From the human T2T-CHM13v2.0 reference genome, Homo sapiens, in the NCBI RefSeq assembly GCF_009914755.1, contig NC_060929.1: 64,000 nucleotides of DNA, one strand, 5' to 3'. Under the pieces are notes generated by a model, which ran no database searches, was not told the origin of the DNA, and was given only the letters and a program-made list of their open reading frames with translations. Position 1 is the stretch's first letter; each line of letters starts with the position of its first letter. This document shows positions 29,857 to 42,900 of this stretch, in pieces. Position numbers and translations under genes: made by a program.

Positions 29857-32699
29857 TTTTTCATTTTCATCTATTGCAAGCACCTTGCCCATGACGTTTT
29901 CTATGACACAGAGCCCTTCAACATCAGTAGGCTCCTTGTTTAACTTTGACTGCTTCCTGCACTAACAAATGACTTTTTGTTCAAGGATGACAAGAGATCA
30001 ATTAAGGAGAAAGAAGAATGTTAATCCAACATGGAAAAGGCCCACCCTAATTGAAGAATGGTGAACAGGATTCTGGTCAATGAATTATAGCCTCATTTTA
30101 AAATTCACTCATCCATTTGATAATTAATTATAATGGCATCTTACATAATCATCAGAGGCTTTCTCTGAAAAATACATGGAGGTAAATGAACCTTTACTTC
30201 AAGCTTGACGTCTATCTTTGACTCACTGTTGAAGAACACATTATAAGGAAAGCAACAGACAGGATGCCTGATCATTCAAGTTTGGTGAAGAAGCCAGAAA
30301 GATTAATAACACTGCTGTGTAATGAAATAATATCAAAACATGAAACACTGAGAAGAGCTCTTTAATCCTGTGGATTTAGAAATATTTCATTTTCATTTTT
30401 GTGATTAGACAAATATTAAATTCTCATCTGAGTATGATTTCTAACTTTAGTAAAAGTAGAGGGAATGGATTAATAGAATTTTTTGTTACCACAATAAATT
30501 TGTTGTTCGAGTTACTGCTTCACTTGGTTAAAGTTCATGAATAAATTGTGACAATGGAGGATTTCACTCTCAGAATGTAAAGTTGACCCATAAATGGGAG
30601 TCAGGAGCTGATCCAAGGGAGTATCCAGACAAGCTTAACCATCTATAGGAATAGTTATTGCGTCCTTTGAAGTCAGTCCCCATTGCTTACAGAGCTTCAT
30701 GTACTAATAGAAGCTCCCTGGGGCATACAGGACTCTTTGTGGTTACTTATCATTAGTTAGACTCAGGGAACTAAAATACTGCAGACCTCCCTAAGATGTG
30801 CTACCAAAAATTAAGTCGTAGTCCTAATAAGGAGTTTAGAGGGTGCTCCAAATATTCTAATCATGGCAGCTTCCTCTTTCAACCTCCCTAAAGAAAACTG
30901 TTTAGGCAAACTGAAGCACTCACTTTTCTCAGTATTTGAATAAGACTCTTTCTTATTGGATTATGGATGTTAATATCCAGAATTCAAAATGGGAACATCC
31001 AGTTTGCTACTTTTCCTGTAGTAATGAATCTGTTTCAAGCAGAGGCCAATGGTCTTCATCTAGGAGTCATGGGAATAGCTCTGATAGTGAGCAATTTCAC
31101 TGGACTGGACCTGTCGTAGTGGGTCATGGTCCTAACATTCATTCAAATATGGGAGAGTTGTGTTGGATCTCCAGCAAGCTCCAGACCAGCAGGATGGGCC
31201 CTTTGGTGCAGTTCCTCTCCTCTCACAGGTTTTGATCTTCTTGGACTATCTTTTTTCTACTTCAGTCACCAGAAGTGGGAAATTTATTTTTTATCAGCTC
31301 ATTAACTTCTGACTCCTTAGCAAGATAAAATACAGTCACACTTGAAATAAACACATTTTTATTGTCAGCAATTGTTGACAAATACAAGCTTATGCTTGTT
31401 TTCTTAAAACAATATATTCAATGCTAAAATCAACTTGACAACTGAAAACTCCCATCTCTTCTTTCCCTAAGGCAAGATATTTGCAAACAAACATTTGTTA
31501 CATAAATGTACTTGACAACTAGCAACTCCCATTTCCTCTGTTCTGAAAGCAAAGCACAATAATCACAACAAAAGTTGTCAAGAAAATCCCCATACATTCA
31601 TTTGAGGTCTAAGCATTGCCTTGCATGCTAGAGGCAGATTGGATCAGCAGAATAAGGGAAGAAGGAAATGGGTGCAAAGGACTGGGGTTTTTCTGTTCTT
31701 TGAAATATTAAAAAAATTCTTGACAACCCGGAATTATCCTTTGATCATTTATTTTTCTTTGTAGTTCTTTCCTTGTAACATTAATTATCTTTGCTGCTGC
31801 CTGTGTCTCTTACCTTTTTAATGTGATATCTTAATATTTAGTGTTGAGATAGGCTTTTGGAGAGATGGTTCCAAGCTTCAGCTATAAAATTATCATTCAA
31901 AGTATAGTGAATCATGTGGTTAAATCCCAAGGCATTAAATAGAAAATGGATTAATGATATAAAAGAAACCAAAAGATGAAAAACCTGACCAATGGCTTTT
32001 ATTGACAATAAATATGAATGATTTCCTTTATTTTATTCTTTACTTAAAAAGATCATAATTATTTAAAATATAGACATATATATTTAAGATAGATACATTT
32101 ATGAACCTAATAATTTAAGAGAGATATACAGACTTATACTGTATAGTGAAGTACAAGTAAAAAACTCATGTAGTCCAAATCTGGGACTTCTAAAATGTGT
32201 TAAAATGTTGGTTCCTCTTTTGCAGAGTTTTGTGCTATCATCACCAGAGCCAGCAATTCAACCTAAATTCTGAGTGTAATGGAAGCCGTTAATCACTATC
32301 AAGTTCATCATTTTTTTTTCATGGCAAGTAATATTCATATCAGTGATTGCTATTCCACTAAGAAATTCTAAATGTTTCATAAAAATGAAACACCACATAA
32401 TAAGAGACTAAATCATATGAAACAAAATTTTGACTTTTGAATGTATCACTCAAGGCCAATGGATGATAATTTCTCTTTATGATTCTACAGGTAGCTCATT
32501 TATTTCTTTTCTCATATATTTGACTTATTATAGGGCCCTGCAGCCCTTTCTGAGCATCATTAACTATATTTGTCGAATCATTAATCTAAAAATTAAAAGC
32601 TATTTAATACTTTTGTTTCATCTGCTTAACTAATTACACAGAAATAAACCACATTTTTCTATTACTTTTCTCGGTGCCTTCTGCATTTATACAGCCTTA

Positions 32700-34100
32700 A
32701 TGCATTGTGCATATGTATAGGTCTTTCTCTTAACCCAAACCCCTGCTGTTGTTCTTTCTGCACACATGTTAATGACTCATGATCACTATGACCTCACTAA
32801 TCTTTTACATCTTCTACTCTAATGACCTTGATCAATTCATTCACTATACAGAGCTTGTTGTCATTTGGCTTTGACTTACCAAACTTCAAAGTTTCATCCC
32901 TGACTACTCTTCTATTCTCATTTTCTTCCTCTTCTTCCTTAAGTGCATGATGACATCATTTCCTCCACCTCTCTGAATATTTTCAAGATATTTCTTTCCA
33001 TCATTGCTTGCTCCTCTCTATATATTCCGAACCCAGTGGGCAGATACTCTACAGTTATGCTCATTAATCATAAAAATCACAAATATATAGTTTCAGCTTA
33101 AACATCTCTCCTGGGCCACAAACATATTTTTCCAGCATGTTTTCTCAAATACACTTCCAAATAAAAATCCTTAATACATCTTCCCCATCTTGTGTTCTTT
33201 ATTCTACTTAAAGCCATTCAGAATACAAATCTTGTCATCTCTATTTCTCTCCTTTCTCATAATTTTATTCAATCATCAAGACTTGCTATCTCACTTTCTA
33301 TGACTATATCAAGCTTATATCCTTATTAAAAAAACATCCTACAGCATTGCCTAGTTAAGTACCTCACAATCTCTCACCTGAAAAATTGCAACAGCTTTTT
33401 AGAATAGTCTCCTTTTTTCCCTTTTCTCCCTACTGTAGTGAATCTCTCCAGTCCGATTTTATCCTTTCTGTGTTTAAAATCCTTTATTAATTCCATACTG
33501 CATGCAGAATGTTGTCTAAACTTTGACTCTAACATTAAAGCACATTGACTATAAATCCTACTCCATTTTCCAGAGTTTTTATCTCAATTTTTCTACTCCT
33601 AAAGTTTACATTCTAGTCAAACCAAACTACTTTTCCCTTTTTCTGTCTTTCATTAAAATAAATTATCATGATAGTATAACTTTGAAAAGCTTTGGAGTTT
33701 TATTTTATCTTATTTTAGATTCAGGGAGTACATGTGCAGTTTTGTCACGTGGGTATATTGTGTGACGCTGAGGTTTGAACTTCTAATGATTCCCTTACAC
33801 AAGTAGTGAACATAATATCTGATAGGTAGTTTTCCAAGCCTTGGCCCCCACCTTCTTTTCCCCTGAAATGCTTTTCACCTCTTACATAAATTCTGTGATT
33901 TTGACTGTGCTTTGTTTGCCAATTTTTTTTTTCTTATGCTGGAATATCCTTCTCCATTCATCATCACTTAACAAAAAATTCTTACCACCTTGTTAAACTC
34001 CATTGATATTCTACCTTTTCATAGTGCTTTACTCAGTGCTTCTAGGCAGAAATAAAATCTCCTTCATCTATGTCCCTGAATATTCTACTTACCCTCTGCT
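32700..34100 (+). mobile_element. Degenerate L2 relic
   Basis: Pyrimidine-rich L2-like motifs such as atctctcacctgaaaaattgcaacagctt and tctaaactttg; boundaries poor. Confidence 0.5.
33698..33863 (-). mobile_element. L1PA15/16-like 3' end fragment
   Basis: ttttagattcagggagtacatgtgcag...gggtatattgtgtgacgctgaggttt...gataggtagttttcc; candidate TSD tgaaa(a/t)gcttt. Confidence 0.85.
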
Positions 34101-34169
34101 CCCCCCGGCCCTTTTCTTAAAAAAAAAGAACAGATGTCACATTTTACTATACTTTTTATGGATCCCAGA

Positions 34170-35173
34170 TTAAACCCAATTGAACTGATATTTATTGTGC
34201 ATATAATATATGTCAGGCACTGTTTTGGAAAGAAGACTATCAGCGAATAATACAAAAATCCCTGCCCTTCTGGGTAGGGAAGACAGACAATGAGTAATAC
34301 TTATGATAAATAAGTTAATGATATAGTAAGTTAGAAGATGATAAATGTTATGGAAAAGAGGACACATGAGAGCAGGGCAAAGGGAATCAAGTTCTGGGGT
34401 GATATTCAGGTTACAGGTTGAATTTGGAATAGAATGGATGGGGTATGCCTCACTGAGGAGATAATTTGAACAAAATCATGAATAAGGTGAGGGGAATAGC
34501 CATGTGCAGATCTGGGGAATGACCTTTTAGAGATGGAGGACAAACTGTGCAAAACCCTAGTCTTGAGTACACTTTGCTTATAAAAAGGGGGATAAAACTA
34601 GGAGATGAAGCCAGAGAGTTAGCAGGGGTTATATCAGGCCTTGTAGGTCATCAGGAACTTTGGCTTTTGCTTTGAATGAAATGGAGAGCTATTGGATAGT
34701 TTTGAGCAGAGAGATGATAGTTATTATCTCACTTACTTTTTATAAGAAGTATCCTGGCTGTTGGGTTGAGAATAGACAGTAAGGGAGCAAAGAGGAAAAC
34801 AGAAATCCATGCTAGGACAGATGTTGAATGGAACTAGAGTGGTAGCAGTGGATGAAGTCAGATATAGTCAGTTTCTGGTTATGTTGTGAGGGCAGAGCCA
34901 ATGGATTTGCTGGTATTTTGAATGTGCGGTGTAAAGGAAAGGAAGAAATTAAAGATCATGCTAAAGATTATGACCTGAGCAACTGTAAGTATGGAATTGC
35001 CTTTATCAGAAAAAGGAAAAATAGGGGATAGAGCAAGTTTGGAGGGTAAAATTGGCCGTACAGTTTTGGACATGGTAGCTTTAGACAACCAAGTGAAGAT
35101 GTTAAGAGGATTGCTGAATATACTAGCCTGGAATTCAAGAGGGAGATCTGAGATATATATACATACATACAAA

Positions 35174-35204
<31 letters not shown>

Positions 35205-35530
35205 GTTTATGTGTATGCACACGCACACATAATTTACAGCCATGAAACTAAGTAAAATCACCAAGAATATGAGTGTTTATAGAGAAGAGACCTTAGGGCT
35301 CTTCTACATTAAGAGATCAGTGAGAAGAAAAAGAATTCTTACAGGAAATGGAGAAAGATGATCAGTGATGTTGGGGGAAAACCAAGAGAGAATGGTGTCT
35401 TGGATGCAAATGATGTAAGTACATTAAGAAAGAGAAGTTATTCACTCCATCAAGTGTGGCAGAGAGATGATATTTGATGAAGAGTAGAAATGAGCGCTGG
35501 ATTTACTAACATGGAGGTCATAGGGAAAAT
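34170..35530 (-). mobile_element. L2a fragment
   Basis: atatttattgtgc...tgtcaggcactgttt, aggccttgtaggtcat...tttggctttt, gatttgctgg; colinear for about 1.3 kb. Confidence 0.88.
35154..35204. repeat. (TACA)n microsatellite
   Basis: Read directly; explains the MYVC/HTYI repeats in the overlapping ORFs. Confidence 0.92.
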
Positions 35531-37269
35531 GGGGTAGAGTAGCCATGAGAACAAGAATCATCTCCAAGTCCAATACTATAATGACCGTGGGAAGAAAGGA
35601 AAATCTAATGCTTGCAAGACTGGGAAGGGAAAAAGTATTTTGAGAGGATAATCAGATGTTTATTAGAGCCAAGAACTGAGGCAAACATTCAGAAATTTTC
35701 AGATAGGGAATTTTGATAATGATGGATGATGAATTTCACAGGGCATAGTGAAAGAGTTTTAGAAGTTAAGAAGGGTATTGAGGAAAGAATTAGGGGATCC
35801 GATTTGCATTGTTGGAATAAAACAATTGTGACAAGAGTGTGAATTTGGGAGATAGGGAGTGATTGAATTTTGGGATTCCCTGTTGGATGGTCAAGAGGAT
35901 TTGACATAATCTTGAGATGCGGTCTCTGTCTCATTATACAGTCTTCCTCTTGACCTCGGATATAGGAGGGAGAAGGCCAACAGGAACATGATCTCAATTC
36001 ATTTTGTTGAGGAATGGAGCTTACACCACATGTGGAGGCGCCACCTTAACACTTTTGATTAGACTGGCAGCTCTGGGGAAGCTGAGCATCCCACTGTGCT
36101 GGCCGCGTTTAACTCCTGGCGACAGCTGTAAAAGGCCTCGGGGTGTGTGGTCAGAATAAACAGTGACCACCTATGCTGCATTCAGCCAAGTGTAGCCCAC
36201 CGATTAGATGATGGGACAGCATGCACTGTTTGCATGCACCCTGAGGTTCCTCTTTGGAGAACACTCATGCCGAGGAAAGAAGGAGTCAGGTAAAATCAGC
36301 TAGGTGCCATAGCAAAGCAGGGTGCCGGAGGATTGGGTTATAAATAAAAATGAAAAGAACCATGTTCGCTGTGTGAGATCACAGTGCTTGTCAGAAGCTA
36401 AATAATACCAGTATCACCTGGGAGGAACAGAATAGAGCACCTGGGAGACACCATTGCAGAAATATTTTTGTGGATTCAGGGTGAGGTGGAAGGCTATGCT
36501 TCAGCAATCAGGTAAAAGTTAGGAAAATTAGAGTTATTTCTGTTAATATGAACTCTTATTTATTATCACTACACTAGTGAGGGCTGGATACATTTGGATT
36601 ACATAGTAATGAAGGCACATGTTTCATGTGCCTGCTGGACTGTAGACTTGAATGGAAAAGGCTATGCCAATATCCTCTACAGCATACAGTTTAACAAATT
36701 TGTTGACTTGTCTATATAAACTGGTTATAATAACTTCTACTTCTAATGCTGAGATGTGATGTTGCAGGTGCTTTGTCAGTGTTGAGACATCTCCCATAAC
36801 AATTTTGAATCAGAAGGGAAGAAGAAAAGAAAACCAAGTTATGTTTATGGGATAAGCAGCCTTACAGGCTAATTCAATTTCTATAAAAAAGAAAGATCCT
36901 GGTTAGACAAGAAATTCAAAATAAATGGTTACAGAATATGCTTGTTTCACATCTTAAACAGCGTTTTCCAGTATAATGTGACAGTTATGAACATGAGGTA
37001 AATAATGATTGAAGAGTTTTGACTTAAATTTCCACATACCAGAGAAAAATGGTTGATTTCCTTATGAATTTCATCCGGAGAGGCTCAATACACAGTGACC
37101 ATGGTAAGATGGGGCAAAGAGATTGGAGTAAATTAATAAGGAAATCAAATAAATATGAATGAGAAAGAAGAAAATGCATAAGGTTATGACACTTAACTTA
37201 GAAATTTGAAGAAATAAAAAAGAGAGAGAATCTAAGGATAGCGAAAAATGGAGCAAGTAGAGACTTTCC

Positions 37270-37520
37270 CTGCAGGACTTAAATTTTACCTTCTCTAAGG
37301 GCCTCCTTTGACCATTTTATCTAAACATGTCCCCATTTTATTTTCTAGTGGCTCAGACTATAGCTTTGCACCTTATGTTTGTTTACTTGTTTGTGGTCTA
37401 TCTCCTTCACTAAATGGAAAGTTTTATCAGGGCAGAAGCCACAGTGTATTTTATCATTGTGTCCTTTACACAATGCCTAGTACATAGTAGGCACAAATAA
37501 TGGTTGGAATAAATAAAGAA
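37270..37520 (+). mobile_element. L2 3' end
   Basis: cagggcaga...acaatgcctagtacatagtaggcacaaataatggttggaataaat. Confidence 0.7.
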
Positions 37521-39429
37521 ATAAAGAAACGAAAGAAAGGATAGAAAGAATATATATTTCAATTTCATGATTTTTCATACTGGCGGTGAATCAGTAACAA
37601 AGATAATTCTCAAAGGTAATTTGCTCAAATACTGTTGTGACTCTGTGCCAGGAATAAACACCAATAGTCTTGGCATAACCTGAGAATTTCTGGTAGGCTT
37701 TTAGGGAGAAATTCACACTTATCTATAGCACCTGGGTATGGGAGATGATCTGAGACCCTGTTGGGTATATCAGACAGAGATATAACCCTGGGTTACATAA
37801 ATAACCTTAATGATAGAGTCCTGGTGACACAAAAGGCTCTGTAGTGTAGGAAATAAGGTAGAAAATAAATTTTATTTAAAATAGATAATTGGTAAATTAT
37901 ACTAGTCTAAATTCTCCCAAGCACCCCCAAAAGTCACAACTTCTAGATAAGTGAGTTTGCAAAAATCACTCTTGTATAATGTTATTGCTTTAACATGGCA
38001 TGATTGTTTTAATTATGGGATTGCATGTTTCATGGGTCAATGTCATCCTCACCATGAACTATGAAAGCCTGTATGCTACATATCTGCATCCGAGGGAGGT
38101 GAACAGTGTGTGGGAAGTAAGTTGTCAGATCAGGTCTTTTTCCTTCTTCAGTTGGCTCTAGTAGTTTAAACAGGTGAGAATGCACAGGGCTCAGCCACGA
38201 GCTCTACACATTGTACGTGTCTCCTCATGTTGTATCACCATCCTCCCCTTCCTTTGGATTTGTGTTTCTGCTCTGCAATTTAAGAGAAGTAAATATCCTA
38301 GACTCTGCATTCAGTGACCTTGATTGAAAACTCAGCTAGGGTGACTATAAGCTGCTGCTTGCTGGTTTATAACTCTTCTTTTGGCATACTTAGCAATGAT
38401 TCCCTTGTTCAGTCTCAAGAGTGTTCTGCACTAGAGTATAAATTAGCCCTAATAGGAAGTTGTTCCTCAAGAGACTGTTCTGGTTTCCAAAATCTGGAAC
38501 AGAATCACCAACTAAATACCACCAGAATTTAATCCTGGTAGGCCCTGACAAAGTATGCAAAAAGGACCCAGGAATATCAAGGCAGGTCACCAGCAATCAT
38601 TTTTGGTAAAGCTTTTTAAGCAGATTTGTAAATATTCATGACAGAGGATTGCTCTGACTGCTCTTACGTACCAGAGAGGGTGGAAGCCAAGACTTATGGG
38701 TAATGCAAGTGGACAATTACTAGGAGGAGTTAGAGGTTTCTTGACACTCTTGGAGATAACTCTTCATAATCTCCACATTTGTAAATATAATCATGCCATA
38801 TATATCTCTCTAATAAAAAAAAGGGAATGTTCAAGTAGTTTTTGAAGTTTAATATTAGATTTCTGCTAGCAAAACACACCTTACAGTGTCTTAGATTTCT
38901 TCATTTTTATAATATTAACCTTTAACCTCCTTAAATATACAAGATGAAAGCAGGGCTGATGAGTGACAGGGCAGTTGCTCTGGAGCACATGGGACACATG
39001 TGAGTGTTTGAGAAGACATTTCCCTCCAACAGATATGGGGCACTGGTTCTGGGCCACACCCATCATCTTCAATTAGTTTTCTCAGATTGAAAAAAAACAA
39101 TTCTGCAGAAATGTGATTATTACATTCTACTTTTCCAGTCAACTTCATATTATATGCAACACAAGTATTTCTTTTTTCTTTCTCATTACCTGTGTTAACG
39201 GTTAGTTTGCCTATGTTTGCCTCGTGAAAAGAATTTGTATAGGCACCTGGCTTTCTAAAGATTCACATTTTTTACTAAAGGCACATGTGACCTGTGTATA
39301 TTTTCACATCATAAATTAGGCAGATTTTACCTTTCATCAAAATTTTCGTTCTTGATGAGTAAGTAGGGCACTGGCAGAATAATTTTATGAATCGTTTTCA
39401 TTTGTTTGTTTTCAGCTGAAACAAATATA

Positions 39430-39545
39430 GATAGTAAGCTTCAAAGGAGCAAGAATCATGCCTATTTTGTTCTATATTTAGACTTAGCACCCATTACAAT
39501 ACCTTGCACATGATGGGTGCACAGTTAATATTTATTCAATGAATC
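39430..39545 (+). mobile_element. L2 3' end fragment
   Basis: agcaagaatcatgcctattttgttc...taatatttattcaatgaat. Confidence 0.6.
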
Positions 39546-39929
39546 AAGTGTCTGGTGGTTCTAAAAATCAGATCTAAGCCATAGTCATTTCCTGGACTGC
39601 AGCCTTTGATACTTCACATTTTTTAACTTTTATTTTTTAAATAAGAATGATATTTCCTTAAACCATTTCACAAGAGTTACTTTCTTTCTTTTCTCATTTT
39701 TAAAAATTATACTTTAAGTTCTGGGTTACATGTGCAGAATGTGCAGTTTTGTTACACAGGTATACATGTGCCATGGTGGTTTGCTGCACTCACCAACCCG
39801 TCACCTCCATTAGATATTTCGTCACCTACATTAGATATTTCTCCTAATGTTATCCCTTCCCTAGTCCCCTACCCCCTGCAGGCCCTGGTGTGTGATGTCC
39901 CGCTCCCTGTGTCCATGTGTTCTCATTGT

Positions 39930-42900
39930 TCAACTCCCACTAATGAGTGAGAACATGCAGTATTTGGTTTTCCGATCTTGTGATAGTTTGCTGAGAATGA
40001 TGGTTTCCAGCTTCATCCATGTCCCTGCAAAGGATGTGAACTCATCCTTCTTTATGGCTGCATAGTATTCCATGGTGTATATGTGACACATTTTCTTAAT
40101 CCAGTCTATCACTGATGGACGTTTGGGTTGGTTGCAAGTCGTTGCTGTTGTGAATAGTGCCGCAATAAACATACGTGTGCATGTGTCTTTATCGTAGAAT
40201 GATTTATAATCCTTTGGGTATTTGCCCAGTAATGGGATTGCTAGGTCAAATGATATTTCTAGTTCTAGATCCTTGAGGAATCGCCACACTGTCTTCCGCA
40301 ATGGTTGAACTAATTTACACTCCCACCAACAGTGTAAAAGTGTTCCTATTTCTCCACAACCTCTCCCACATCTGTTGTTTCCTGACTTTTTAATGATCGC
40401 CATTCTAACTGGCGTGAGATGGTATCTCATTGTGGTTTTGATTTGCATTTCTCTAATGCCCAGTGATGATGAGCATTTTTTCATATGTCTGTTGGCTGCA
40501 TAACTGTCTTTTGAGAAGTGTCTGTTCATATCCTTTGCTTATTTTTTGATGGGGTTGTTTGCTTTTTTCTTGTAAATTTGTTTAAGTTCTTTGTAGATTC
40601 TTGATATTAGCCCTTTGTCAGATGGAGAGATTGCAAAAACTTTCCCCCATTCTGTAGGTTGCCTCTTCACTCTGATGATAGTTTCTTTTACTGTGCAAAA
40701 GTGCTTTAGTTCAATTAGATCCCATTTGCCAATTTTGGCTTTTGTTGCCATTGCTTTTGGTGTTTTAGACATGAAGCTTTTGCCCATGCCTATGTCCTGA
40801 ATGGTATTTCCCAGGTTTTCTTCTAGAATTTTTATGGTCCTAGGTCTTAAGTTTAAGTCTTTGATCCATCTTGAGTTGATTTTTGTATAAAGTGTAAGGA
40901 AGGGGTCCAGTTTCAGTTTTCTGCATATGGCTAACCAGTTTTCCCAACACCATTTATTAAATAGGGAATCTTTTCCCCATTGCTTGTGTGTGTCAGGTTT
41001 GTCAAAGATCAGATGTTGGTAGATGTGTGGTGTTATTTCTGAGGCCTCTGTTCTGTTCCCTTGGTCTATATACCTGTTTTGGTACCAGTACCATGCTGTT
41101 TTGGTTACTGTAGCCTTGTAGTATAGTCTGAAATCAGGCAGTGTGATGCCTCCAACTTTGTTCTTCTTGCCCAGTATTATCTTGGCTATGCAGGCTCTTT
41201 TTTGGTTCCATATAAAGTTTAAAGTAGTTTTTTCTAATTCTGTGAAGAAACTGAGTGGTAGCTTGATGGGGATAGCATTGAATCTATAAATTACTTTGGG
41301 CAGTAAGGCCATTTTCACGATATTGATTCTTCATATCCATGTAGTGGGGGGACCAGCCCCCAATATTTCAACGTAGGTTCTTTTCTATTTTCCCTAAGTG
41401 TCGGCCGGTCTGAGAAATAAAGAGAAAGAGTACAAAGAGAGAAATTTTACAGCTGGGTCTCTGGGGGTGACATCACATGTCGGCAGCTTCCATGATGCCC
41501 AACTGAGCCACAAAACCAGCAAGTTTTATTAGGGATTTCAAAAGGTGAGGGGTGTAAGAATAGGGAGTGGGTCACAGAGATCACATGCTTCATAGGGCAA
41601 TAAAAGATCTCAACGCAAGGGGGCAGAGCAAGATCACAAGGCGAAGGTGAAATTAGAATTACAGATGAAGGTCCATGTCCTGCTGGACACACATTGTCAT
41701 TGATAAACATCTTAACAGGAAACAGGGTTCGAGAGCAGACAACCGGTCTGACTAGAATTCGCCAGGCTGGAATTTCCTAATCCTAGAAAGCCTGAGGGCG
41801 CTGCAGGAGACCAGGGCGTATTTCATCCCTTATCTTTAACTGCATAAGACAGACACTCCCAGAGCGGCCATTTTAGATACCTCCCCCTGGGAATGCATTC
41901 CTTTCCCAGGGCTATTCCTTGCTGAGAAAAGAATTCAGTGATATTTCTTCTATTTGCTTTCTGTAAGGAAAGAAATATGACTCTGTTCTGCCTGGCCCTG
42001 CAGGCAGTCAGACCTTGTGGTTATCTCCCTTGTTCCCTGAAAATCACTGTTATCCTGCTCCTTTTTTAGGATGCCCAGATTTCATATTGTTCAAACACAC
42101 ATGTTTTACAAACAATTTGTACAGATAACGCAATCATCACAGGGTCTTGAGGCAACATACATCCTCAGCTTATGAAGATGACAGGATTAAGGGATTAAAG
42201 ACAGGCATAGGAAATTATAAAAGTATTAATTTGGGGAACTAATAAATGTCCATGAAATCTTCACAATTTATGTTCTTCTGCTGTGACTTCAGCCAGTCCC
42301 TCTGTTTGGGCTCCCTGACTGCCCACAACACCATGAGCATGGAATGTTTTTCCATTTGTTTGTGTCCTCTCTTATTTCCTTGAGTAGTAGTTTGTAGTTC
42401 TCCTTGAAGAGGTCCTTCACATCCCTTGCAAGTTGTATTTCTAGGTGTTTTATTCTCTTATAGCAGTCGTGAATGGGAGTTCACTCATGATTTGGCTCTC
42501 TGTTTGTCTGTTATTAGTGTATAGGAATGCTTGTGATTTTTGCACACTGATTTTGTATCCTGCAACTTTGCTGACGTTGCTTATCAGCTAAAGGAGATTT
42601 GGGTCTGAGACGATGGGGTTTTCTAAATATACAATTATGTCATCAGCAAAGAGAGACAATTTGACTACCTTTCTTCCTATTTGAATATCCTGTATTGCTT
42701 TCTCTTGCCTGATTGCCCTAGCCAGAACTTCCAATCCTATGTTGAATAGGAGTGGTGAAAGAGGGCATCCTTGTCTTGTGCCAGTTTTCAAAGGGAATGC
42801 TTCCTGTTTTTGCTCATTCAGTATGATATTGGCTGTATGTTTGTCATAAATAGCTCTTATTATTTTGAGATACATGATACATTGCATTGATACCTAGTTT

